The notes beneath the pieces were generated by a model. That model was not told the origin of the DNA, did no database searches, and saw only the letters and a list, made by a program, of their open reading frames with translations. The translations under genes and the position numbers were made by a program. A DNA stretch of 63,274 bases, the filler included. It is 5 parts of 5 records of this genome, joined end to end, with 100 filler letters (N's around TTAATTAATTAA, not from the genome) between each part and the next. Parts side by side here need not be neighbours in the genome. Positions count along the whole stretch, not along the records: positions 27,671 to 57,870 come from SRR31156797_4064; 4 more parts are not named here. One strand, written 5' to 3'. This document shows, one piece after another, positions 40,683-50,207 of this stretch (positions are counted from its first letter, which is position 1; each line of letters begins with the position of its first letter).

Positions 40683-42335
40683 GTGGATAATTTATTAGAA
40701 AACATCTTATCTGAGATGGAAATTTTTCTTGAGAAATGGGCAATGTATATGGAGCGGGCTGGCTACCTCGAGCACACCACCGCCAAAAGAGAGGACTGCA
40801 TCCTAAGCCTTCAGGGTGTCATTTATCCTATCCAAAAGCATATAGCATCAAATACTTCACTTGAATTCTCCTCACTACTCAAAAACAATAGAGACATAGC
40901 TGAGCACGTTTTAAGCACAGCACAAAGGCATAAATCGAGAGGAATCAGCGCTGAAATGTTTTTCGGGTGCTTCAAAACTCTCATTCATTCAATAGAAGAT
41001 ATTATCCTCGATATGGGCGGTTCTGACTCCGATAAGCTTAAAGCTTACATAGAGCTTAGGCGGATCATCGATGCTATGGAGACAGTAGTCATTAACGACT
41101 GGAACAGGCAGAATATCAACGAAGATATCACCATGATGTCTGAAAAAAATCGTTCCTTAACCCTTGAAAAAAATAAGTATGAAAACATCTTTGAAGCTAC
41201 TTCAGATATGGTTATTGTAACCAGCGGTAAAGGGCAGATACTCGAGATGAACATAGCCGCCAATAACAGATTCAGCGACAAAAGCATAGGCAAAGATGCC
41301 CTCTCTGAGATAGGATTCAGCGAATACAGCTTTGATGAATTCCTCGGCAAATTTCCTTACGGTGGGATGTATGAGATCAGAGATCCTAAGATAAATGCGA
41401 TATATTCTATGGTGGTTGTACCACTGAAAAATGTTTCGCTAGCATCAGCAGGTTACGTCATAATACTAAACGATATAACTTGTATTGCTGACCAGAGGAT
41501 GAAGCTTGAGCAGGTGGTAGCTGAGAGGACAGAAGAGCTTGCGAAATCAGAAAAAGTTTTCAGATCACTCTTCACATCCGCCGGCGAAGGGATAATGCTT
41601 GTAAACAGTAACCTCAAAGTTATTCAGGCTAACCAGAAAGCAGCGGACATGTTCGGGCTGAGCATTGACAAAATAGAGAGAACAAGCTGTGTAAACCTTG
41701 TACACCCAGACAGCATAGACACTCTTAAGCTCGCATCAGCAGTTAAAGAAGGTGAGGCTTGGCACGGTGAATTTAACGGTGTTACCGGCAGCGGAGACGC
41801 TTTCCCTGCAAGTATTACAGTCAATAAACTTACCCTTAGCGGTGAGGTTTTCCTACACCTGATAATAAGAAACATCACTCAGCAGAAGTCGATGGAACAG
41901 TATCTCGTTCATGAGAAAACCAAAGCGGAAGAGATGAACGTTACCCTCAGAAACGTTATGAAAACAATCGACAAAGAGAAAGAGGAGCTGGAACTCTCTA
42001 TATCTCAGAAAGTCATGACAAATATCATACCGTCCATACAGAAGCTAGCCTCTGAGGACAACAGCGAAGTGAGACAGATGTACATGAACATCCTGCGTGA
42101 CCAGCTCGCCGGGCTCACTAAATCATCTAACTCCATAAGCAACGCAGATATGATTAAACTAACCAAATCAGAGATTCAGGTCTGTCAGATGATACAGTCT
42201 GGTTCAAGCAGTAAAGACATAGCTGAAACCATGAATATATCCTTCGAAACTGTCCAGACACACAGGAAAAATATCCGCAAGAAACTCGGTCTGAGCGGTA
42301 AAGATATCAACCTTTTCGCCTATCTAAACAAATAA
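40683..42335 (+). CDS. LuxR-family regulator with N-terminal globin-like region and two PAS domains
   Basis: AQRHKSRGISAEMF globin-sensor-like segment; PAS (IFEATSDMVIV; LFTSAGEGIML); HTH LTKSEIQVC..GSSSKDIA..TVQTHRKNIRKKL. GTG 40683 follows GAGGGGG; the track start is 40596. Confidence 0.85.
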   Translation: MDNLLENILSEMEIFLEKWAMYMERAGYLEHTTAKREDCILSLQGVIYPIQKHIASNTSLEFSSLLKNNRDIAEHVLSTAQRHKSRGISAEMFFGCFKTLIHSIEDIILDMGGSDSDKLKAYIELRRIIDAMETVVINDWNRQNINEDITMMSEKNRSLTLEKNKYENIFEATSDMVIVTSGKGQILEMNIAANNRFSDKSIGKDALSEIGFSEYSFDEFLGKFPYGGMYEIRDPKINAIYSMVVVPLKNVSLASAGYVIILNDITCIADQRMKLEQVVAERTEELAKSEKVFRSLFTSAGEGIMLVNSNLKVIQANQKAADMFGLSIDKIERTSCVNLVHPDSIDTLKLASAVKEGEAWHGEFNGVTGSGDAFPASITVNKLTLSGEVFLHLIIRNITQQKSMEQYLVHEKTKAEEMNVTLRNVMKTIDKEKEELELSISQKVMTNIIPSIQKLASEDNSEVRQMYMNILRDQLAGLTKSSNSISNADMIKLTKSEIQVCQMIQSGSSSKDIAETMNISFETVQTHRKNIRKKLGLSGKDINLFAYLNK

Positions 42336-42337
42336 CC

Positions 42338-42407
42338 ACCCGATCGGGTATATAAAAATACCCGATAATTACCTCATTTACCCCATATGTACCCTATTAA
42401 TACCCGA
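42338..42407. promoter_or_regulatory. Phased TACCYNA heptamer array, candidate LuxR/NarL-type operator
   Basis: TACCCGA 42359, TACCTCA 42370, TACCCCA 42379, TACCCTA 42390, TACCCGA 42401, plus palindrome ACCCGATCGGGT 42338-49. Confidence 0.65.
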
Positions 42408-42443
42408 CTATCTTATTCTTATAGTCAATAAGCGGGGTATGCC

Positions 42444-43001
42444 ATGAATCATATAAAATTTATTACAGGTCTGAGAGACTTTTTCCACTACGGTGACGAA
42501 AAGCATTTAAAAAACACATACTTATTAATCAGAGAGGCTTCTGGGAAACCGCCACAGACAGCAGAGATCGACTGGGAGAAGGAAGAGTTCATCTTCAACA
42601 GACTCTTCGTTGGACCTGCCGCTCCGAAAGCTCCGCTCATAGCATCATTTTACATCGACCCAGATGAAGCTATTCAGGGGAGAGTAACCAAAGATGTAAG
42701 GGAGTTCTATGGCTCCGTCGGGCTGGCTCTTCATAACGAGGGGAATATACCTGAGGACTCGCTCCCTCTTGAGCTTGACGCTTGCCTTTACCTCTTAAAA
42801 CTCACTGCTGAAATACCGGATATTGCGACAATCTATCAGGAATTCATTGACGAGCACTTAGCTTTATGGCTGCCGAAATTCATATATACAGCGTCACTTA
42901 GCTGTGAGGATTCTGTGGCTATCAGAGATGTAATAGATTTAATGGAGATATGGATCATAGGTGAAACAACAAATTCTTTATTAACCAAGGAGTTATCATG
43001 A
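42444..43001 (+). CDS. TorD/DmsD family redox-enzyme maturation chaperone
   Basis: FNRLFVGP..APLIASFY..PEDSLPLELD..FIDEHLALWLPKF. Confidence 0.88.
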   Translation: MNHIKFITGLRDFFHYGDEKHLKNTYLLIREASGKPPQTAEIDWEKEEFIFNRLFVGPAAPKAPLIASFYIDPDEAIQGRVTKDVREFYGSVGLALHNEGNIPEDSLPLELDACLYLLKLTAEIPDIATIYQEFIDEHLALWLPKFIYTASLSCEDSVAIRDVIDLMEIWIIGETTNSLLTKELS

Positions 43002-45265
43002 AACGGGAACAAGGCTCAACCAAGAAAGAGGCTAGCTGCCCTTTTAGCAGACGTACCTTTTTAAAGGGTATCGCTGCTGCTGGTGCGCTCGCCACTATGC
43101 CTGCCGGTTTGCTAAAAGCGAACGCATGGGAGAGGACAAAATTTGAAGGCGGTTATACTACATTCAGAAACGCCTGTCCGAGAAACTGTTACGACACATG
43201 CAGTATCAAATCATATGTGAAAGACGGCGTACTCGACTTTGTCGAAGGTGCACCGGAATCAACATTTACAGACGGAGCACTCTGTGTCAAAGGTTACTCA
43301 TATCCTAGAAGGGTTTACAGCCCAGACAGAATAAAATATCCGATGAAGCAGATGGGTAGAGGGACAGGAAACTGGAAGCGCATAAGCTGGGACGAAGCCC
43401 TCACTGAGATCGCTGAAAAGATTCAGGAGATCAAAAAGAAGGACGACAACCTGCTCGGAATGGCGCTTGATAAATACTCAGGAAATTTCGGAATCACACA
43501 TTACGGCGTAGAGGGGATGATGAGCTCCCTCGGCTATACCACAAGGTTCGTAGGAACACCTTGCTGGCCAGCCGGTATAGATGCTCAGAACTTCGATATG
43601 GGTAATATGTGGTGTAACGACCCTGAAGATATAGTTAAGTCTAAATACATCATCCTCTGGGGTGGGAATGCCGCATGGAACTCTGTGCATACGATGAAAT
43701 TCATCTATGAAGCACAGGAACGTGGCGCAAAGGTTATCGTTATAGACCCTATCCTAACCCAGACAGCGGCTAAAGCTGACATGTATATCAGGGTTAAAAC
43801 GTCACAGGACGGCGCACTTGCACTAGGTATCGCAAGGCACATAGTAGACAAAAAACTATACAGCAGAGACTTTGTAAACAATTATGCCAAAGGCTTTAAC
43901 GACTACGTCAGATACCTGAAAACCAACATAACAGTTGAAGCGGCGGCTGAGAAATCCGGCGTACCTGTTAAGGTTATAAAGCAGCTCGCAGAAGAGTTCG
44001 CAAAAGCTGACCCTGCAACCATCTGGATAGGCTACGGGATGCAGAGACACACCAACGGCGGTGCAAACGTAAGAGCTATCGACGCTATAGTTGCTATGAC
44101 TGGCAACATAGGCAAAGAGGGTGGCGGAGCTAGATACGGTCACCTCCAGACATGGGGCTTTAACTATAACGCCATGGTACAGAAAAAACCTGCTGGCTCA
44201 AAAGGATATCTCGGCAAAGACAAGATAAAAAGTGAATTCGGTGCTGACGAGAAAGAGGGAGCCGACTACGCAGACAGAACAATAAACATCAATAAAATTG
44301 CAGAATCCATACTAACTACAAATGAACCTCCGATACGCCTCTTATGGGTTGCCTGTAAAAATCCTTTCGGTCAGGACTTCGACAGACCTAAGCTGAAAAA
44401 GGCTTTCGACACACTCGAAATGGTTGTGGTAGTCGATCAGTTCTTTAACGAAACAGTTCAGAATGCCGATATAGTGCTCCCTTCCACTACTCTTTTTGAA
44501 GAGTATACCGTTAACGTATCCTACTGGCATTACTGGATAAGCTTAAACGAAAAGGCTATCCCTGAGCAGTATGAAGCGAAGAGCGACCTTCAGATAGCCG
44601 CTATGCTTTCGAAAAAGATGAACGAGCTTGAAGAAGGCTCTTGTACTTTCCCTCAGATAACAGACACTAAGGTCTGGATGGAGAAAGAGTTCAATGCGGG
44701 CATTCATAAGTTCTTCGGAATAGATAGCTGGGAAGACCTTAAAAAAGGTCCTAAAAAAGCTAAACTCGCATCATCTGCCTCTTGGAGTGATAAAAAGTTT
44801 GCTACACCATCAGGTAAGTACGAGTTCAGCTCTGACCTCGCCCCTAAATACGGTCACACTAAGTTACCGGAGTTCAAAGAGCGCAGGATTCCTTACGACA
44901 AATTCAGAGTGCTCACACCGCACACTCAGTTTGCACTGCACTCTCAGTTTAACAACCTCGACTATATGAATGAGTTCAACAAAGAACCACTCGTGTATAT
45001 CAACCCTGAGGCCGCTAAGAAGAACGGCATCAAAGAGGGCGATATGGTGATGGTCTCCAACAAGGTCGGAAGTGTAGAGGTTAAAGCGAGGCTCACGGAT
45101 AACATAGCCCCAGACGTAATCCTCATGTATGAGGCTTGGTATAAGGGTAATAATTTTAACGTTCAGAACGTTGTGGATGATGAATCATCAGATATGGGAA
45201 CATTCAAAACCGGAGCTCCCGGCGTTGCCATCCACGACCAATTCGCAAATATAGCAAAGGCATAG
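42998..45265 (+). CDS. Tat-exported DMSO-reductase-family molybdopterin oxidoreductase, catalytic subunit
   Basis: SRRTFLKG Tat motif; CPRNCYDTC..LCVKG Fe-S motif; RISWDEAL; putative Mo-ligand Cys in TPCWPAG; ADIVLP; C-terminal INPEAA..GIKEGD. Confidence 0.93.
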   Translation: MKREQGSTKKEASCPFSRRTFLKGIAAAGALATMPAGLLKANAWERTKFEGGYTTFRNACPRNCYDTCSIKSYVKDGVLDFVEGAPESTFTDGALCVKGYSYPRRVYSPDRIKYPMKQMGRGTGNWKRISWDEALTEIAEKIQEIKKKDDNLLGMALDKYSGNFGITHYGVEGMMSSLGYTTRFVGTPCWPAGIDAQNFDMGNMWCNDPEDIVKSKYIILWGGNAAWNSVHTMKFIYEAQERGAKVIVIDPILTQTAAKADMYIRVKTSQDGALALGIARHIVDKKLYSRDFVNNYAKGFNDYVRYLKTNITVEAAAEKSGVPVKVIKQLAEEFAKADPATIWIGYGMQRHTNGGANVRAIDAIVAMTGNIGKEGGGARYGHLQTWGFNYNAMVQKKPAGSKGYLGKDKIKSEFGADEKEGADYADRTININKIAESILTTNEPPIRLLWVACKNPFGQDFDRPKLKKAFDTLEMVVVVDQFFNETVQNADIVLPSTTLFEEYTVNVSYWHYWISLNEKAIPEQYEAKSDLQIAAMLSKKMNELEEGSCTFPQITDTKVWMEKEFNAGIHKFFGIDSWEDLKKGPKKAKLASSASWSDKKFATPSGKYEFSSDLAPKYGHTKLPEFKERRIPYDKFRVLTPHTQFALHSQFNNLDYMNEFNKEPLVYINPEAAKKNGIKEGDMVMVSNKVGSVEVKARLTDNIAPDVILMYEAWYKGNNFNVQNVVDDESSDMGTFKTGAPGVAIHDQFANIAKA

Positions 45266-45274
45266 GAGGCTATA

Positions 45275-45847
45275 ATGAAATCACAATTAGCCTTTATGGT
45301 TAACTCAAAAAAATGCGTAGGGTGTTACTCTTGCGCTATGGCTTGCAAGAATCAGTATCATCAGGAAGTCGGAGTTGTCTGGAGAAACCTTCAGACACTT
45401 GAAAAAGATGACTATCCGCATAAAGACAGAGCATTCTACTCTCTGGCGTGTAATCACTGTGCGACACCTGTATGTGTTGAGGTCTGTCCTGTCGGGGCAC
45501 ATGTTAAGAGAGAGAAGGACGGCATAGTTGTCCACTCATCAGATAAGTGCATCTACTGCAAAGCATGTATCGAATCTTGTGAATACAAAGCTCCGAAGGA
45601 TAACACTGTCCTCGAAAGAGCTGAGAAGTGCAGTATGTGTGTTGAGCGCATTGACGCAGGTCTTAAGCCTGCATGTGTACAAGGCTGCCCGACAAAGGCA
45701 CTGACACTCGTTGATCTCGCTACACTCAACAATAGCAAAGCGGTTCAGTACCCTAACGGGTTCGAAAAGCTTACAGAATATAACCCTTCTACAAGATTCG
45801 TAGAAGCAACAACACCTGAGCTGATCCTTACTGATAAGGACGGTTAA
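45275..45847 (+). CDS. 4Fe-4S dicluster subunit (DmsB-like)
   Basis: CVGCYSCAMAC, CNHC..PVCVEVCP, CIYCKACIESC, KCSMC..PACVQGCP. Confidence 0.93.
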   Translation: MKSQLAFMVNSKKCVGCYSCAMACKNQYHQEVGVVWRNLQTLEKDDYPHKDRAFYSLACNHCATPVCVEVCPVGAHVKREKDGIVVHSSDKCIYCKACIESCEYKAPKDNTVLERAEKCSMCVERIDAGLKPACVQGCPTKALTLVDLATLNNSKAVQYPNGFEKLTEYNPSTRFVEATTPELILTDKDG

Positions 45848-45855
45848 TATATGTT

Positions 45856-45887
45856 CCCGGGCTGAAATATGCCCGGGTTCCTTTTTT
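45856..45887 (+). terminator. Intrinsic terminator
   Basis: CCCGGGC..GCCCGGG followed by a T-rich tail. Confidence 0.7.
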
Positions 45888-46220
45888 ATGAAAGCATATA
45901 CAACTATACTAATAATACTCTTACTGACAATCCCCGCCTTTGCAAAAGACCTGTCACTAACAAAAAATATGTGGCACTTTATCCCTTTGGAGATACCTGA
46001 GGGGAAAGCTGGCGGCGGAGATTTTTATAATATCAGGATCGAACCGGAGAGCAGCCATTACGAATTCAGAACGGAGGATAAGGGGTTCGCAATAAGGTTC
46101 ATCCGTGGCGGAACATACGATTTATCCATTCTGGTCAATCACATCACTAAATCCAGCTGTGCCGGGGTCAATGTTAAAACTCATTCGAAAAAACAAATCC
46201 TATTCAGAATACCAAAGTAG
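45888..46220 (+). CDS. Hypothetical secreted protein
   Basis: Signal peptide MKAYTTILIILLLTIPAFA. Confidence 0.55.
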   Translation: MKAYTTILIILLLTIPAFAKDLSLTKNMWHFIPLEIPEGKAGGGDFYNIRIEPESSHYEFRTEDKGFAIRFIRGGTYDLSILVNHITKSSCAGVNVKTHSKKQILFRIPK

Positions 46221-46322
46221 TCACACGTCTTTTCAAAGTTCACATTTCTCTTACAAATTTACTTGCGTATACCCCCGCTTTTAAGATAATATTCATGTTA
46301 ATTATCTTATTTAAATTAAGGA

Positions 46323-47399
46323 GTGAACAGAGTGAAAAACATATTAAGAGCAACAATCTTAGCACTTGTGCTATCCATAGCTTTCAGCGCTTCTGCTGAT
46401 GCTGGAGAGAAGAAAGTACGCTGGAAAATTGCAACAACATGGGGACCGACACTTGAACCTTTCTCAACTGCTGTAAAAGAATTTGCATCGCAGGTAGAGA
46501 AACTTAGCGGTGGTGACTTCACCATCAGAGTAGACTTCGCGAACAAACATAAATCACCTTTTGGTGTTTTCGATATGGTAAAACAGGGGCAGTATGACAT
46601 GGCTCACTCTGCTTCTTACTACTGGAAAGGGAAAGACCTCGCATTTCTCCCGCTCACATCCATGCCTTTCGGGCTTAACGCTGTTGAAACCTACGCATGG
46701 TACTACTATGGCGATGGGATGAAGCTCGCTGATAAGGCTTATAACAAGCACAACATGTACTTCTTCCCTGGTGGAAACACAGGGGTTCAGATGGGCGGAT
46801 GGTTCAGAAAAGAGATCAAATCCCTCGACGATTTCAAAGGTCTTAAGATGCGCATCCCCGGTTTCGCAGGCGAAATCATGGCTAAGCTCGGGCTAATTGT
46901 AACAAATATAGCACCGGGCGAGCTATACACATCACTTGAGCGTGGAACAATAGACGCACTAGAGTGGGTTGGTCCCGGGATGGACATCAAAATGGGCTTT
47001 CACAAAATCGCTCCATACTACTACACAGGGTGGCACGAGCCAGGCTCTGAGATGCAGTTCCTAGTGAACAAAAAGAAATTCGACAAGCTCTCTGAGAAGA
47101 ACCAGGAGATCGTTAAGGTAGCCATGAGAAACGCTGCCTATAACATGTTTGTCAAAAACTACGCACTCAGCGCAGAAGCCTGGAAGACGATGACTGATGA
47201 AAACCCCGATGTTAAAGTTCTCACCTTTCCTAAGCCGGTAATGGATGCTATGAAAGCTGCCAACGAAGAGCTTCTCGCTAGTATGAAAGCTAAGAACCCG
47301 CTCTTCAAAGAGATAATCGATTCACAGGATGCTTTCAAAGTAAAAGCTAGAAAGTGGACTGAAATGTCTGAATTTCTCTATGTAAGAGACAACCGCTAA
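46323..47399 (+). CDS. dctP: TRAP transporter substrate-binding protein (DctP/TakP-like), no dctQM adjacent
   Basis: HSASYYWKGK, GNTGVQMGGWF, GLKMRIPG, GTIDALEWVGP, YYYTGWHEPG. Confidence 0.92.
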   Translation: MNRVKNILRATILALVLSIAFSASADAGEKKVRWKIATTWGPTLEPFSTAVKEFASQVEKLSGGDFTIRVDFANKHKSPFGVFDMVKQGQYDMAHSASYYWKGKDLAFLPLTSMPFGLNAVETYAWYYYGDGMKLADKAYNKHNMYFFPGGNTGVQMGGWFRKEIKSLDDFKGLKMRIPGFAGEIMAKLGLIVTNIAPGELYTSLERGTIDALEWVGPGMDIKMGFHKIAPYYYTGWHEPGSEMQFLVNKKKFDKLSEKNQEIVKVAMRNAAYNMFVKNYALSAEAWKTMTDENPDVKVLTFPKPVMDAMKAANEELLASMKAKNPLFKEIIDSQDAFKVKARKWTEMSEFLYVRDNR

Positions 47400-47410
47400 A
47401 AACTATAAGC

Positions 47411-47448
47411 GTGTCCGGCTGGTATAAAAGCTGGTCGGACACTTTTTT
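47411..47448 (+). terminator. Intrinsic terminator
   Basis: GTGTCCGG..TCGGACAC-TTTTTT. Confidence 0.75.
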
Positions 47449-47505
47449 CATTCTGCCCCGTTCAAACCTTATTGACAGAACTCCCCCCTCATTATAAACT
47501 CACAT

Positions 47506-48780
47506 ATGAATAATAAAACATTATTATACTATCTTCTTTCCGGCGCTATCTACTATCAGGCAATAAAAGACCGCAACAAGCTCCACATACTAAAAAAAGA
47601 GACTCAGAAAGAAATAGAATACTTTTTTGAAAACAGACATATACGACGGGAACCTTGGAATAAGAGATACTTCGAAATCCTCACCGCAATCTTCAGCGTA
47701 AACATACTGGCGAGACATATTGAGCGCAGGCTGTATCACTCAAACTGGCTATACGATAAAAGGTTTTCAGCTTTCGCCCCTGCAACTATGCTCGCACTAA
47801 GAGAGTACAACAACAACCGGGCATTCTTTGAAATAGACACAGAACCATTCATATTCCTAACTGAGCTTGCTCATTGCGTAAATAATCGTGTAAGTAGTTA
47901 TTATAAAAGGGAAAGTCATACATTTAACACTGACTTTCTTCTCCACGCAAATACACCTCTCGGTATTGAAATAGAATTCTCTAACCTAGGGAAAACAGCA
48001 GGGAAACTCTTCGAATCTCATAAAGGTGACCCGCTGCACAATTTCTCAAAATATCACTACTATCACCTTATGAAATTTATGTGGCGGCTCGGCGCTTATG
48101 TCGATAGCGAAATGCCGTTTAAGCAGCTCCTCAGAAAGGGTGGATTTCTCGAATACACTTTCACAAAACCTGATGTCATATTCAGACCTTCAAAGCCTCT
48201 AACAACCAGCCCGAGACTTGCGGCACAGCTTATAAACGAGGCTGTAAGGTTCACTCCTGTCAAGCCACACAGCCTGCATGTTACATTCCAGATAGAGAAA
48301 GAATCTTCGAAACTGCCTATCCTGCCCTTCAGTGAATTGTTATTCCTTATGCTCTGCACTGGTCATTTTGTTGAGGGTGATAGTAATTTAATCGAGAGCA
48401 GGCTCACGGAAAACAATATGAAAGAGTGGGCGGTGGTAAGGGACAGGCGCAACGAAGGCGGATGGGTTGTGACAGTTGAATTTACCCATATGAGAATGAG
48501 CAGGCAATTTGTAAGAGGAAATTTATATGAACCATCAATACTTTTACTGCTTGCGTACAAAAACCTCTTTAATTTTTCAAATATTGACACATATTCTATA
48601 AAGTTACTAGAATGGGCGAATAATCCTTATGTACCGGATATAAACCTCAGCGGTATGCTTAATAAAGTGAGAACCGGACTAGACGTTGAGACATCCCTCC
48701 CTGAGTGGTATAAGGATGACCACCTACAGCGCATACACTCGATGTATAACAGTAACGTCCAGATGATAAAGAGGGGCTAA
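47506..48780 (+). CDS. Hypothetical protein with amidoligase/glutamine-synthetase-fold-like motifs
   Basis: GIEIEF, FLEY, HSLHVT and TVEF..R occur in the order expected for COOH-NH2 ligases. Confidence 0.6.
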   Translation: MNNKTLLYYLLSGAIYYQAIKDRNKLHILKKETQKEIEYFFENRHIRREPWNKRYFEILTAIFSVNILARHIERRLYHSNWLYDKRFSAFAPATMLALREYNNNRAFFEIDTEPFIFLTELAHCVNNRVSSYYKRESHTFNTDFLLHANTPLGIEIEFSNLGKTAGKLFESHKGDPLHNFSKYHYYHLMKFMWRLGAYVDSEMPFKQLLRKGGFLEYTFTKPDVIFRPSKPLTTSPRLAAQLINEAVRFTPVKPHSLHVTFQIEKESSKLPILPFSELLFLMLCTGHFVEGDSNLIESRLTENNMKEWAVVRDRRNEGGWVVTVEFTHMRMSRQFVRGNLYEPSILLLLAYKNLFNFSNIDTYSIKLLEWANNPYVPDINLSGMLNKVRTGLDVETSLPEWYKDDHLQRIHSMYNSNVQMIKRG

Positions 48781-48782
48781 GC

Positions 48783-49286
48783 TTGGCAAAAAGATACACT
48801 GTCTTCACCTACGGTTCGCTCATGCAGGGGTTCTACGGATATAAGACACTCATGAAAGACGCTAAATTCATAGACGAAGCGACAGTAGAGGGCGACCTTA
48901 GATTCTTCTGCTCTGACTATCCTGTTATGATTAAAAATACAAAAAGAGGGAAGCCGGTCAAAGGTGAACTCTACTCTGTGGACGAAAAAACCATGGACGA
49001 GCTGCGCAAATACGAGGGTATCGGAAACCCTTTCACATGCTATACGGAGCAGGTCATAAAAGCTGATACAGATCACGGCACAGTCGTTGCGAGAGCTTTT
49101 GTTGTCATACCCTCTATCAAAATCCCTATGGTATTCACCAGCAGCCATATACCGGAAGCGGACTGGAGAGAGTTCAGCACATCCGGTAAACGCCAGCCTA
49201 TACCAAGACCGCTTATGCTGTTCGCAGGAGTATTTCTGGCTGGAGTAGCCGCCTACTCATATATTCACCAGATCGGACACATATAA
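48783..49286 (+). CDS. Gamma-glutamylcyclotransferase (AIG2/GGACT-like) with C-terminal TM anchor
   Basis: VFTYGSLMQG, YP, VKGELYSVD..LRKYEG; hydrophobic tail LMLFAGVFLAGVAAYSYI. Confidence 0.85.
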   Translation: MAKRYTVFTYGSLMQGFYGYKTLMKDAKFIDEATVEGDLRFFCSDYPVMIKNTKRGKPVKGELYSVDEKTMDELRKYEGIGNPFTCYTEQVIKADTDHGTVVARAFVVIPSIKIPMVFTSSHIPEADWREFSTSGKRQPIPRPLMLFAGVFLAGVAAYSYIHQIGHI

Positions 49287-49290
49287 ACAG

Positions 49291-50088
49291 CTACCAGAGG
49301 TAAACGCTCGCCTTTTTGTTCAGTATCTTAAGTTCATAATATTCCGTACATGCTCTACCTGCAAAACCGTAGCAGACATGCAGCGGGAGAAGATGCTCCT
49401 CTCTCGGATGACAATACCTTGCATGGGGCGCATCAGCCCAGTTTACCAACCGCTCACGCCTTTCATCCTCGCTAAGCTCACGATTCGAACAGGTCTCTAT
49501 CAGCCACTCTTCAAACTGGCAGTTACGCTCTATAGTTTCCGGAGTGTCTTTGAGGAAAAATGCACGCATGTTGTGGAATGAAAAACCTGAACCGACCAGA
49601 AGCAGGTTTTCTTCATCTATCTCAGAGAAAGCCTCACCCAGCCTTATATGCTCATCAGGGCTTAAACTGCGCAATAGTGAAAGCTGTATGCAAGGGATAT
49701 CAGCATCGGGATACATGATTTTCAGCGGCACATAAAGCCCGTGATCAAAGCCCCTATCGCCGTTAAGAACGGACTCTACACCCTTTTCTCTGAGTATTTT
49801 ATCTAGCTTTACAGCGAGCTCCGGACTTCCGGAAGCCGGATAGCTTATATCGTAAGATTCCGGCGGAAAACCTGAATAATCATAGATAATCTTAGGTCCG
49901 CTGCCGGAAATTATGTTCGGCTGGCTCTCCTCCCAGTGCGCACTGACAACAATTATCGCAGAAGGCTTTTTAAGCTTCTTCGCCAGAAGTTCAAGATTCT
50001 CCACCATCTCAACATGCCCCTCATCACCCAAAAGCGGGAGCGGACCACCGCCGTGAGAGAGATAAAGCACCCTATTGTTCCCTTTCAT
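49291..50088 (-). CDS. DODA/YgiD-type class III extradiol dioxygenase
   Basis: LSHGGGP, VSAHWE, YDYSGFP, RGFDHG, GSGFSFHN, HPREEHLLPL. Confidence 0.92.
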   Translation of the reverse strand: MKGNNRVLYLSHGGGPLPLLGDEGHVEMVENLELLAKKLKKPSAIIVVSAHWEESQPNIISGSGPKIIYDYSGFPPESYDISYPASGSPELAVKLDKILREKGVESVLNGDRGFDHGLYVPLKIMYPDADIPCIQLSLLRSLSPDEHIRLGEAFSEIDEENLLLVGSGFSFHNMRAFFLKDTPETIERNCQFEEWLIETCSNRELSEDERRERLVNWADAPHARYCHPREEHLLPLHVCYGFAGRACTEYYELKILNKKASVYLW

Positions 50089-50207
50089 GTTTTACTCCAC
50101 TAGACATAATTTAATGTTAATATAGATTTATAAATATAAATAAAAAGCTCTAAAATTAGTTTAAGAGTTAAAAATAACTAGCCGATATACCTAAAACAAG
50201 GTGAGCT

